64,000 nucleotides of DNA, from positions 128,001 to 192,000 of the forward strand of contig CAVYLP010000004.1 of NCBI GenBank assembly GCA_963769425.1. The letters are read 5' to 3'. Shown here in pieces: positions 41,227-51,146 of the stretch (within the stretch, counting starts at the first letter, position 1; every line of letters starts with the position of its first letter). The position numbers and the translations under genes are program-made. This DNA is from Candidatus Bathyarchaeota archaeon (GTDB lineage: Archaea; Thermoproteota; Bathyarchaeia; TCS64). Below the pieces are notes generated by a model. The model was not told where the DNA came from, searched no databases, and saw nothing but the letters and a program-made list of their open reading frames with translations.

Positions 41227-42843
41227 ATGGTGGTGGCGATGTGGTTCAACTCGCGCCGCTCCCCCGTCTACGGGACCCGGGGCGCGGTCGCATCGAGCCA
41301 GCCCCTCGCCAGCGAGGCAGGCATGAGGATACTCCAGAGGGGTGGTAACGCAGCAGACGCCGCAGTCGCTGTCGCCGCAGCTCTCAACGTCACCGAGCCA
41401 TGCAGCACGGGCATGGGCGGCGACTGCTTCGCACTGTTCTTCGACGTAAACAAGGGACGCGTTCTCGGTCTCAACGGTAGCGGAAGGGCGCCCATGGGAC
41501 TAACCCCTGAGAGGCTCCTCGCGGAGGGGATTGCGAAGATGCCCTCAAATGGTGTTCACACAGTCACCGTCCCCGGAGCGGTCGCCGGGTGGGTTGACGC
41601 CATTGAGAGATTCGGCACACTCACCATGGGTGATGTTCTCGCCCCTGCCATCGAGTTGGCTGAGGGTGGCTACCCCGTCTCCCCAATCACCGCTCGTGCC
41701 TGGGCGAACGGCGTCCCCTTCCTCAAGTCGGGGCCGTACGGGGACGAGATGCTCGTAAACGGTAGAGCACCCGGAGCGGGGGAGTTGATGAAGAACCCGA
41801 CGCTCGCCCGTAGCATGCGTGAGGTCGTCGAGCACGGCAAGGCGGGCTTCTACGAGGGCAGGATCGCCGAGGCGATAGTCGAGCTGCTCCACCTCAAGGG
41901 GGGCACAATGACCCTGGAGGATCTGAGGAGACACCAGACGACCTTCGATGAGCCAATCACCGTTAATTACCGAGGCATCGATGTCTGGGAGATTCCTCCA
42001 AATGGGCAGGGGATAACAGCCCTCATCGCCCTCAACATTGTCGAGGGATTCAATCTATCAAAGCTTCATTACGATTCCCCGCAGAGGCTTCACCTCCTGA
42101 TCGAGGCGATACGCACCGCCTTCGCCGACACCCGCTGGTACGTTGCCGATCCCTCCGTCACTCATGTCCCTATCAAGGGGCTCATCTCAAAGGACTACGC
42201 CGCCGAGAGGCGACAGCACATAAACCCCCTCAAGGCAACTCTTGACAGGGTACACGGCTCACCCGTAGCGGGCAGCGACACGGTCTACTTCTGCATAGTC
42301 GACAGGTGGGGAAACGCCTGCAGCTTCATAAACAGCAACTACGCCGGCTTTGGCACCGGCCTAATCCCTCGTGGATGCGGTTTCACCCTCCAGAACAGGG
42401 GGGCTGGTTTCAGCCTCGATAAGGGGCACCCTAACATCCTCGCCCCGGGTAAGAGACCATACCACACGATCATCCCCGGCATGATGACAAGGGATGGTGA
42501 ACTCCACGGCCCATTCGGGGTCATGGGCGGTTTCATGCAGCCTCAGGGTCACCTACAGGTCATCACCAACATGGTCGACTTTAATATGGACCCGCAGGAG
42601 GCGCTTAATGCTCCTCGTTTCTGTATCTTGGATGGCACCACTGGTGGCAAGGTGAGCCTAGAGGAGGGGATATCAGTCGAGACGATGGCCACCCTCGCCA
42701 GGATGGGGCACGAGATAATACCAGTCGCAGGCCCCAATCGCGTCAGTTTCGGCAAGGGGCAAATAATCCTCAGAAACCCAAAGACTGGTGCACTCACAGC
42801 CGGCAGCGACCCGAGGGGCGACGGGCAGGCACTCGGCTGGTAG
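41227..42843 (+). CDS. ggt: Gamma-glutamyltransferase
   Basis: GGNAADAAVA, VPGAVAGW, DTVYF, LQNRG, PGKRPYHT, VMGGFMQPQG, DPRGDG. Confidence 0.92.
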   Translation: MVVAMWFNSRRSPVYGTRGAVASSQPLASEAGMRILQRGGNAADAAVAVAAALNVTEPCSTGMGGDCFALFFDVNKGRVLGLNGSGRAPMGLTPERLLAEGIAKMPSNGVHTVTVPGAVAGWVDAIERFGTLTMGDVLAPAIELAEGGYPVSPITARAWANGVPFLKSGPYGDEMLVNGRAPGAGELMKNPTLARSMREVVEHGKAGFYEGRIAEAIVELLHLKGGTMTLEDLRRHQTTFDEPITVNYRGIDVWEIPPNGQGITALIALNIVEGFNLSKLHYDSPQRLHLLIEAIRTAFADTRWYVADPSVTHVPIKGLISKDYAAERRQHINPLKATLDRVHGSPVAGSDTVYFCIVDRWGNACSFINSNYAGFGTGLIPRGCGFTLQNRGAGFSLDKGHPNILAPGKRPYHTIIPGMMTRDGELHGPFGVMGGFMQPQGHLQVITNMVDFNMDPQEALNAPRFCILDGTTGGKVSLEEGISVETMATLARMGHEIIPVAGPNRVSFGKGQIILRNPKTGALTAGSDPRGDGQALGW

Positions 42844-42855
42844 GGGGCATCAGGG

Positions 42856-43761
42856 ATGGGGGAGAAGTCGACAGCGACGGCGACCATCCGCCCCGCTCAG
42901 CCCTTCGACTTCCACCTAAGCTGCAGCATCTATGCACGCACTGGGGTCTACACCCATACTGCCTACCTCGACGGTGTCCTCTACAAGTGCCTTGAGTTTG
43001 ACGGGGCGCCTAGCCTTATCACGGTTAATCAAAAGAATGAGGTGCTGAAGGCTAGGCTCTACGGCCATGGTAACCGAGGGCAGTTAGGATCAACCGCCTC
43101 GTGGATCACCTCATCAGACCTAGATCTCAACCCGTTCTACGCGGAAGCTGATGAAGTGTTAAAGCCCATAGTTGACCGACTTCGAGGGCTTAAGCCCCCG
43201 AGAACCGCGACGGTTTATGAAGCGCTCATCATCGCTTTTACGGAGCAACAGATTAGCCTGCGAGTCGCCATGGCTTTCCAGAAGAGGATAGTTGAGCGCT
43301 ACGGGAAATCCCTCCGTCACGGTGAACTCGCCTTCTACTCCTTTCCATCCCCCGCGGAATTAGCCTCTGCCAACGTCGAGGAACTGCGGGCGCTGGGTCT
43401 GAGCCGAAACAAAGCCGACTTCATAACCGGCCTCTCGAAGAGGGTCGAATCTGGGGAACTCGATCTGGAGTCGCTAAAAGGGATGCCAACTGGGGAGGCA
43501 AGAGAGATATTACAGTCCATCCGCGGCGTTGGGGAGTGGACGAGCGACTACGTACTTGTCCGTGGCCTCGGAAGGACCGAGATGGTTCCGTACGACGACC
43601 TCGGGACGCAGGACTCCGTAGGCCTATACTATAAGGGTGGTGCAAGAGCCACTAGGAGCGAAGTGGAAAAGGTGCTTGGCAGATTCGGTTCCTACGCGGG
43701 TCTCGCCAACTACTACCTCATCTTCTCCAGGTTCTTCAATGTTGAACCTAGACCCACTTGA
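42856..43761 (+). CDS. alkA: DNA-3-methyladenine glycosylase II
   Basis: YEAL....EQQIS, FPSP..LA, HhH IRGVGEWT, PYDDLG. Confidence 0.85.
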   Translation: MGEKSTATATIRPAQPFDFHLSCSIYARTGVYTHTAYLDGVLYKCLEFDGAPSLITVNQKNEVLKARLYGHGNRGQLGSTASWITSSDLDLNPFYAEADEVLKPIVDRLRGLKPPRTATVYEALIIAFTEQQISLRVAMAFQKRIVERYGKSLRHGELAFYSFPSPAELASANVEELRALGLSRNKADFITGLSKRVESGELDLESLKGMPTGEAREILQSIRGVGEWTSDYVLVRGLGRTEMVPYDDLGTQDSVGLYYKGGARATRSEVEKVLGRFGSYAGLANYYLIFSRFFNVEPRPT

Positions 43762-43967
43762 CCTCTTCGGGGCGATGGTGAACGCTAGTTTCGAGGGCGG
43801 GATCGCAGGCGCCGCTAAGACCGCTGCAATAGGGTTCAAGGTAATGCGTGGTAAGACCGCGAGGCGCAAAAACGCATCGACGAAATGACGACACTCAACA
43901 TTAGCTTGATCGGTTTATCTACGCGAGAAAAAAAATTGGAATGCGATGGGACGAAGAGGACTTGGGT

Positions 43968-44087
43968 TTACTTCTTCTTCGTTGTGGCCTTTTTCTGGAC
44001 CATTTCGCAGTCTCTTTCGTGGGCAATCTTCTCGGCTTGGGTGCTGAACCCTTGGCCGCATCCTGAGCAGCTGAACTTTTCGGGCAT
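43968..44087 (-). CDS. 39-aa zinc-finger microprotein (below ORF-track cutoff)
   Basis: MPEKFSCSGCGQGFSTQAEKIAHERDCEMVQKKATTKKK*: C-x2-C-x12-H-x3-C. Confidence 0.65.
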   Translation of the reverse strand: MPEKFSCSGCGQGFSTQAEKIAHERDCEMVQKKATTKKK

Positions 44088-44140
44088 TTTATATCCCAAT
44101 TATTTATCCTGAAAAAATGAATAAAAAGAGGTTAACTCGG

Positions 44141-44755
44141 CTAGACACCGAGTCGCTCCTCGACTAGAAGCATCTTAATCTTTCGGATAGGGCTGACCTC
44201 TCTCTCGAATATGAGGAGCTTTCCGATGTTGGTGCCTGGTTGCCCAGCAGCCTTCATGCTCTTGTCCTCCATCGGTAGGCAGTACTCCCAAACCCTCTTC
44301 AACGCCACTTCTAGTGTAGGTACGATCTTCTGTGTTCCGACGACCCAAATGACATTGGGTGAGCTGTAGACGTAGCTTGGGAGCTGGCTGCCCGTGTTGC
44401 TCGCCACAACTACTTCCCCCGTCTCTGCCACGGCGTGAACGCTTCCTAGGAAGTATTGGGCGAGGGATGTCTTCGCACGTAGCTCGTATCGCTTCACAGG
44501 TTCAGTCACACCATTCATCGTTTCCCTTTGGTTCCTCCACCCCTCTTGCCCGTTCTTGACGAGGTCGTAGAAACCTATCTCAGTGAGGGTGTCGGAGCTC
44601 CCCGTCATGAACTCCGCCCCCTGAGGCAACAGCTCAGTAATCCGTTTTAGGGCTTCCCCCCTATTCTTGAGCAGCTCGACATCGATGTTTCTGGATTTCA
44701 GCGAGGCCATCGTTCTTGCGACTGCGGCTCCGTCTGCGAGATCGACCCAGCCCAT
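44141..44755 (-). CDS. LUD-domain (LutC/YkgG-like) protein
   Basis: GSS.TL.EIG, LGSVHAV...G.V, TGSQL, VVGTQKIV. Confidence 0.8.
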   Translation of the reverse strand: MGWVDLADGAAVARTMASLKSRNIDVELLKNRGEALKRITELLPQGAEFMTGSSDTLTEIGFYDLVKNGQEGWRNQRETMNGVTEPVKRYELRAKTSLAQYFLGSVHAVAETGEVVVASNTGSQLPSYVYSSPNVIWVVGTQKIVPTLEVALKRVWEYCLPMEDKSMKAAGQPGTNIGKLLIFEREVSPIRKIKMLLVEERLGV

Positions 44756-44860
44756 CTAGTACACCGTGAGATAGTTTAGAAGACTGGGCTATATTTCATA
44801 AACATCTTGCTTTACCCAAAATGATAATTCCCTAGTGCTAGTTGTATTGAGGCGATCCTA

Positions 44861-46169
44861 TTGGAGTTCAAGATCGGTGTCGATTTCGCCAAGAAGCTCG
44901 ACAAGGAGGATCCGCTCGCCTCCTACAAGAAGAAGTTCTACATCCCTGAGAGGGAGACCCTCAACATGGATGGCAAGACCAAGTCTGTTAAACCCATCAT
45001 ATACATGGACGGCAATAGCCTGGGTCTTGCCTCAAAGGACGTAGAGGAGGAGATCAAGGCCGAGTTCGAGAGGTGGAAGAACCTATCCACCCGCCGATAG
45101 CGGCATCGACAAGAAGGCGGCTGAGTACCAGGCGAAGCTAGTAGGCGCCGAGGCGGACGAGGTCATCGTCACGGGCGGTGCCTCGATAAACCTCCACGCC
45201 CTCGTCGCCACCTTCTACAAGCCTAAGGGGAAGAGGACGAAGATAATCGGCGACGAGTTGAACTTCAGCAGCGACATCTACGCCCTTGCTGGTGAGGTGC
45301 GCCTCAAGGGGAGGGACCCCGAGAAGGACCTAATAGTCGTCAAGAGCAGGGATGGCAGAACCATCGCGGAGGAGGATATAATCGCGGCGATGAGCGATGA
45401 GGTGAGCGTCTGCCACCTCCCAAGCGTCTACTTCGTCAGCGGGCAGCTACTTGACATCAAGCGCCTCACGAAGGCAGCCCACGACAAGGGGATCATCATC
45501 GGCTACGATTGCTGCCACAGCGTCGGCGTCATACCGCACAAGTTCCACGAGTGGGGCGTCGACTATGCCCTCTGGTGTAACTACAAGTACATGAACGGTA
45601 GCACCGGCGCCATCGCCGGCCTCTACGTCCACAGGAGCCACTTCAAGGAGACCCCCGGCCTCCCCACCTGGTGGGGGAACAGCCCCGGCAACAGGTTCGA
45701 CTTCAAGGCCGAGTGGACGCCCACTGGCAACGCCGCCTCTTGGCACCTAGGTAGCAACCTCGGCATCGGCTTCGGTGTCTCACCCGTCTACGCGAGTAGC
45801 AAGATGATCGTCGAGGCAGGCCTTGATAAGATACGTGAGAAGAGTCTGAAGGCCACTGACTACATGATGTTCCTTATAGACGAACTGCTCAGCAAAAAGC
45901 CCTACAACTATAGCGTGGGCAATCCACGCGAAGCTGAGAAACGGGGCGGCCATGTCGCATGCGAGCATGCGGAGGCCCGCCGCATCTGCGAGGCACTCAC
46001 GGCGCGCGGCGTACTACCCGACTTCCGCCCGCCCACGACCATACGCCTCAGCCCCATTCCCCTGTACACCACGTACCAGGAGGTCTGGGAGGTCATGCAG
46101 CACCTCAAGGCCGTCATCGACAACAAGGAATACCTGAAGTACGACGCCAACAAGAAAGAATCCTACTAA
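44861..46169 (+). CDS. kynU: Kynureninase (frameshift near 45090)
   Basis: LDKEDPL, YMDGNSLGL, NF.SD.YA, DCCHSVG, WCNYKYMN, RGGHV, DFRPP..IRLSP.PLY. Confidence 0.85.
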
Positions 46170-46240
46170 AAGCATACACGGGGCGAGTCCTACCCTTTAC
46201 GTTAGTAACCATATAATAACTCAAAGTGGTTTTATAGGCG

Positions 46241-46924
46241 ATGAAACTCGCCGCCCTGTTCTCAGGTGGAAAAGATAGCACCTACGCAGCCCGCCTCGCC
46301 GAAAAGGGGGGGCACGATGTCTCTATATTTGCGTGTATGCGACCCGCTCGTCTGGATAGCTACATGTTCCACGGCGTAAACATCCACCTCGCCCCCCTCG
46401 TCGCCGAGGCACAGGGTAAGCCTCTCGCTTCCGCGCCGAGCAGTGGGGAGAAGGAGAAGGAGGTTGAGGAGCTTAGGCATCTCATAGAGCTACTCGATGT
46501 TCAGGGTGTCATCTCCGGCGCAATAGCCTCAAAATATCAGCGGGACAGGGTCAACCAGATCTGCTCAGAGCTCGGAATCATCCATCTCTCACCCCTCTGG
46601 GGGAAGGAGCCCCAGGGACTCCTCGAGGCTGAGATCAAGTCGGGGATGGAGATCATAATGGTTCATGTCGCCGCTAACGGCCTCGACAGAAGCTGGCTTG
46701 GCAGACGCATCGACATGAAGGCAGCCGCTGAGCTGGCGAAGCTGGGTGAGCGCTACGGGATAAACGTCTGCGGCGAGGGCGGGGAGTATGAGAGTCTCGT
46801 CGTCGACGCCCCATGGTTCAGGAAGAGACTCGAGATAGAGAATGCGGAGGTCATCTGGGAGGGCACGAGCGGCACCTACGCCGTTCAGGGCGCTCACCTT
46901 GCCCCCAAAGCACATAAAGGTTAA
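46241..46924 (+). CDS. dph6: Diphthine--ammonia ligase
   Basis: LFSGGKDS, SYMFH, SGAIAS.YQ..R, PLWG, GEGGEYES. Confidence 0.9.
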   Translation: MKLAALFSGGKDSTYAARLAEKGGHDVSIFACMRPARLDSYMFHGVNIHLAPLVAEAQGKPLASAPSSGEKEKEVEELRHLIELLDVQGVISGAIASKYQRDRVNQICSELGIIHLSPLWGKEPQGLLEAEIKSGMEIIMVHVAANGLDRSWLGRRIDMKAAAELAKLGERYGINVCGEGGEYESLVVDAPWFRKRLEIENAEVIWEGTSGTYAVQGAHLAPKAHKG

Positions 46925-46949
46925 AAACACCCCCCTCACCGTGAATGCC

Positions 46950-47082
46950 AGAGGAGAGCGCGGTGACCGCCCGCCAAACAGCCTAGGCCGAGAGGCCCAC
47001 AGCTTACCCAGTCGCTCCCCCGCAGTTCTAGGCAGCCAACCGAGGCTAGGGGATAGAGGGCGCCACCTGCTCCGCAAGGAAG
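46950..47082 (+). ncRNA. Candidate structured 5' leader / ncRNA upstream of thrS
   Basis: GC-rich gap after a TTAAAA box; GGCC-GAGA-GGCC and TCC-GCAA-GGA GNRA hairpins plus longer-range pairings. Confidence 0.35.
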
Positions 47083-47091
47083 TAAAAAACA

Positions 47092-48549
47092 ATGGCTGAA
47101 AACAAGAAGGAAGAGGTCGTATCCGCCGCATTGAAGGCGGAGGAGAAGCTCAAGTCACAGTGGTGGATCCTCGATACTGAGGGTGAGCTCCACAAGATTG
47201 ATGAGTTCAACTTCAAGGGCCGCGATAACCTGCGTAAGTTCGCGGGCTACGAGGTCGACAAGGACAGGACGGTTCACCAGGAGCCCCCACACGTCACTAT
47301 GATGAAGGCTCTGGAGCTTGTTGACTACGAGCCCGCCAGCGATCCCGGTAACATGCGTTACTACCCTAAGGGGAGGATGATCAAGGCGCTGCTGGAGGAG
47401 TACGTATCCTCGAAGGTCGGTCAATACGGGGGGATGGAGGTGGAGACCCCCATCATGTATAACCTCAACCACCCGACCCTCGCCAACTACCTCAACCGCT
47501 TCCCCGCTCGCCAGTACACCATCGAATCCGACGACGACAAGTACTTCCTACGCTTCGCGGCGTGCTTCGGCCAGTTCCTCATGGCGCACGACGCCACTAT
47601 CAGCTACAAGAACCTCCCCTTCAAAATCTACGAGCTCACCCGCTACAGCTTCCGCAGGGAACAGAAGGGGGAACTCACCGGTCTCCGCAGGCTCCGCAGT
47701 TTCACCATGCCCGACGTCCACGCGATGTGCCGAGACCTAGACCAGGCAAAGGAGGAGTTCATGGTCCGTTTCAAGATGAGTGGAGACGTCCTCGACGGCA
47801 TCGGCATACACAACGCCGACTATGAACTCGGAGTCCGCCTCACCGAGGAGTTCTGGGCAAACAACAAGGACTTCGTCGTCAACCTAGTCAAGACCCACGG
47901 CAAGCCCGTCCTCGTGGAAATGTGGAAGGAGCGCATCTTCTACTTTATACTGAAGTGGGAGAGGAACTTCGTCGACAACCTCGACAAGGCCAGCGCCCTG
48001 AGCACCGACCAGATAGACGTGGAGAACGGCGAGCGTTACGACATCAAGTTCATGGAGGAGGACGGCACTACGAAGCACCCGCTCATCCTCCATTGCAGCC
48101 CAAGCGGCGCAATAGAGAGGGACATCTATGCGCTTCTAGAGAAGGCGGCCTTCGACATGAAGGTGGGTAAGCGCCCGACGCTCCCCCTCTGGCTTGCCCC
48201 AACTCAGGTCCGTGTAATCCCCGTCAGCCAGGACTATCTCGGCGTCGCTGACAAGGCCGCTGCGGAGATCGAGGCATCAAAGATACGTGTCGACGTGGAC
48301 AACCGCGACGAGTCTGTGGGGAAGAAGATCAGGGACTCGGAGAAGGAGTGGATACCTTACACCATCGTCATCGGTGAGAAGGAGGCGGGTAAGGAGAAGC
48401 TCCCCGTGCGCATCAGGGAGACCGGTAAGCTCGTGGAATATTCGACGGGTGACCTCGCTGCAGAGATTAAGGGGGTCGTCGGCGACAAGCCTTGGAGGCC
48501 CCTGCCGATGCCGAGGTATATGCAGCAGCGCCCCAAGTTCAGCGGCTAG
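47092..48549 (+). CDS. thrS: Archaeal-type threonyl-tRNA synthetase lacking the N-terminal editing domain
   Basis: [66 protein letters not shown]. Confidence 0.95.
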   Translation: MAENKKEEVVSAALKAEEKLKSQWWILDTEGELHKIDEFNFKGRDNLRKFAGYEVDKDRTVHQEPPHVTMMKALELVDYEPASDPGNMRYYPKGRMIKALLEEYVSSKVGQYGGMEVETPIMYNLNHPTLANYLNRFPARQYTIESDDDKYFLRFAACFGQFLMAHDATISYKNLPFKIYELTRYSFRREQKGELTGLRRLRSFTMPDVHAMCRDLDQAKEEFMVRFKMSGDVLDGIGIHNADYELGVRLTEEFWANNKDFVVNLVKTHGKPVLVEMWKERIFYFILKWERNFVDNLDKASALSTDQIDVENGERYDIKFMEEDGTTKHPLILHCSPSGAIERDIYALLEKAAFDMKVGKRPTLPLWLAPTQVRVIPVSQDYLGVADKAAAEIEASKIRVDVDNRDESVGKKIRDSEKEWIPYTIVIGEKEAGKEKLPVRIRETGKLVEYSTGDLAAEIKGVVGDKPWRPLPMPRYMQQRPKFSG

Positions 48550-48758
48550 ATGCCGTGGCGCCACCGCTCGATCTGATCGGTCTTCTTGTTTCCTTTCTTG
48601 TACTGTTTGTAGTGCTCCTCGCAGAGATAGACTGCCTTGCCCTCGACGTCTAGGCCCGCAGTCTTCGCCTTCGCGACGTTGACGGAGCGCACAGCGTCGT
48701 TCTTGCAGTTCCTCACCGTGCACTTCTGTCCCTTGTCTATCCTACCCAATGCTATCAT
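48546..48758 (-). CDS. Small basic zinc-binding conserved archaeal protein
   Basis: KCTVRNC...AVRS...[12 protein letters not shown]. Confidence 0.7.
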   Translation of the reverse strand: MIALGRIDKGQKCTVRNCKNDAVRSVNVAKAKTAGLDVEGKAVYLCEEHYKQYKKGNKKTDQIERWRHGI

Positions 48759-48835
48759 GAGATACCCGATGAGACGCGATTTAAGCCTAGCCCATCCTCA
48801 ACCCATATTAACCGCCTCAACCCTCCTCAGCCCCT

Positions 48836-49783
48836 GTGCCAAGCCTCAACGCCTCCATCATAGGCTCACTGGAGTACTCGAAGCAGCTCGGGAAGAAGAG
48901 CGGCGAGACCGATGTCACCTTTTATGACCTGAAGAAGGGTGAGACCGTCATCACCATCGTTGAGCCGAGCAGGTACCCGGAGAAGATACAGAGCCTCTAC
49001 TACGCCGCTGCCTTCGGTGACTACGCCGTCCTCGTCGCGGAGAAGTTGGACCAGTACTTCGGGGAGAGCCTCCTCATGATCAACGCATGCGGCATCAAGG
49101 AGGGCACCATTGTGCTCCGAAACTACATCACCGAGGACCAGTTGAAGATGTTCAGGAAAGGCACGGTCTTGGAGGGATACGAGGTTATGGAGGATGATCC
49201 CATTAAGCTCAGGGACAAGCTCATCGCTCTTGCGGAGAGGCCGAGGCAGCTCCAGACGGGGTCAGGCACACTCAGCGTCGAATCCGCCTTCAACGTCCGC
49301 GGCATAGGCACCGTCGCTCTAGCCACAGTCAAAACAGGTATGATCAGGAAACACGACCAACTCAAGGTCTTACCTGGGGATAAGGTAGCCGAGGTGCGGA
49401 GCATACAGAAACACGACGTAGACTTTGAGACAGCAGAAGTCGGGGACCATGTAGGCGTCGCCCTGAAGGGGGTTGAGGCGTCGGATCTGGACAGGGGCAC
49501 AGTCCTTTCTGGGGATAACCTCAAGATGACGACGTCGGTCACTGCGAAGGCAGAGATCATACCCTACTTCCAAACGCAGTTACACGAGGGCAGCACACTC
49601 CACTTAGGCTACTGGTTACAACTCAACCTCGCTCGAATAACCCGCATCGACGATAAAGGGGACAAGAAACCAGAGATGACTATCACTTTAGAGAGGCCAC
49701 TTGTCCACCCTCTTGGTGCACGCGCCGTCCTCGTGTACCTTGACGGGGGAAGATTGCGAGTCGCAGGAACGATACCCCTATAG
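48836..49783 (+). CDS. SelB/EF-Tu-like protein with degenerate G domain
   Basis: LGKK...DVT.Y, YPEKIQSL, domain II FNVRGIGTVAL..VRSIQ.HD..VGVALKG; no GxxxxGKS/T. Confidence 0.8.
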   Translation: MPSLNASIIGSLEYSKQLGKKSGETDVTFYDLKKGETVITIVEPSRYPEKIQSLYYAAAFGDYAVLVAEKLDQYFGESLLMINACGIKEGTIVLRNYITEDQLKMFRKGTVLEGYEVMEDDPIKLRDKLIALAERPRQLQTGSGTLSVESAFNVRGIGTVALATVKTGMIRKHDQLKVLPGDKVAEVRSIQKHDVDFETAEVGDHVGVALKGVEASDLDRGTVLSGDNLKMTTSVTAKAEIIPYFQTQLHEGSTLHLGYWLQLNLARITRIDDKGDKKPEMTITLERPLVHPLGARAVLVYLDGGRLRVAGTIPL

Positions 49784-49841
49784 TGAAGTAAATAGCGGGA
49801 TTAATTCGTTCTAATCCGGTTACTCGTTTACCCCCCGCATG

Positions 49842-50237
49842 GGTACCTGCCACTAAGAATCAGATTCCTACTAGGGTGGTATAGCACACTAGCTGGCTGG
49901 GCGTATATGCCTCGCTAGTAGGAACAAGGAAAAACACCACTTTTTGCACCTGCCACTAGGAATCGATCATGGTCGCGGCCTCTCAACAGTCGATTGTGGT
50001 ACCCAGTAGTAGGGTACTTGGTACCAAGTAGGAGGGTACCGTCGGTACCTAGTAGGGTGGTACCGCGGTACCCAGTAGCATGGTACCGTTGTTCGGATTC
50101 TGTGCATATTGGTACCATGTAGTAGGGAACTCGGTACCATGTAGTGTGGTATGTGGTACCCTGTAGGGTGGTTCGGGGGACCCACTAGGGTGGTATAAGG
50201 TTTTTTCATCGCGTCGGTACCATGTAGCTGGGTACCG
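49842..50237. repeat. Array of ~22-bp units, consensus GGTACC-NN-GTAG-NNN-GGTACC
   Basis: 13 GGTACC hexamers; units start at 49998, 50020, 50044, 50067, 50111, 50133, 50155, 50177, 50216, plus a degenerate unit at 49863. Confidence 0.9.
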
Positions 50238-50320
50238 CGTAGTTACGGCCTTCAGATAATAGTAAATTGTTGGTTAGCTTTAACAGCCACTCGATCAACT
50301 CCTAGGCATCCGGTGTACTC

Positions 50321-51146
50321 GATGGGATGCGTTGGCATTACACTCTCGACTGTCGACCCCGTGGGGGCAAACGTCTTCGAAATGCTGAAGGGCCGAGGCT
50401 TCTCCGAGGTCCGGGCGGGGATTTACGTAAAGGGAGACACCTATCTTGTCCCTGTGCCAAGATTCATCGTCCCCGAGGAGGAGTACAAGACCCCAACGGA
50501 GCCGAATCCCTACCCTCTCGACTATGACGCATTAGCCGGAGAGCTAGGAGTCAACTTCTTCGTCGTGGCGAGCCGCCACTGGTCGAAGAGTGGGCAGCCG
50601 AGCCTCACCGCCCACGCCACAGGAAACTTCGGGAAGGCGATATTCGGGGGGCATAACCGCGAACTTCAGGCGGTACCGCCGAATGCCTTGAGGAATGTCT
50701 ACCTAGCGCTACTGAGTAACCCGCCCCAGGGTTACCCGGTTAGTCTTGAGGCGACGCACCACAGTCCAACACAGTTTCGGGTCCCCATGTTCTTCGCCGA
50801 GGTGGGTAGTGGTCCAGATCAGTGGGCGGATCTCAACGCCTGTGAGTACCTAGTTGACGCCATCCTAGACGGGATCGCGTCAGCGGAATCTGTACCCGCG
50901 GCGATCGGTTTCGGAGGCGGTCACTACTGCCCAAAGTTCAGCGTCATGGAGAGGGATCACGCCTTCGGCCACATAGCCGCCAAGTATGCTTTTCCCGAGC
51001 TAACCGATGAGATGATAGCCCAGATGGCTGCAAAAACTGTTGGTGGCGTCGAGAAGGCGTACATCGAGAGTGGGGTGAAGGGATCGGATAAGAGGATGCT
51101 CGAGGCCGCGCTAGGCCGTCTTGGGATAGAGAGCGAGGTTGTCTAG
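50321..51146 (+). CDS. dtdA: Archaeal D-aminoacyl-tRNA deacylase (DTD2)
   Basis: ASRH.S..G.PSLTAH.TGN, SLEATHHSPT, AEVGS, GFGGGHYCPKF, FGHI..KY. Confidence 0.88.

Noticed and set aside
48836-49783. True SelB implying selenocysteine decoding
   Set aside because: It lacks the P-loop and matches the truncated archaeal SelB-like family.
49967-50209. Minus-strand ORFs rich in VP/YH/GT (49967-50209, 49915-50118)
   Set aside because: They are translations of the GGTACC array; unit lengths of 22-24 bp do not preserve frame.
49998-50237. CRISPR array
   Set aside because: No spacer-length unique sequence between units and no cas genes.
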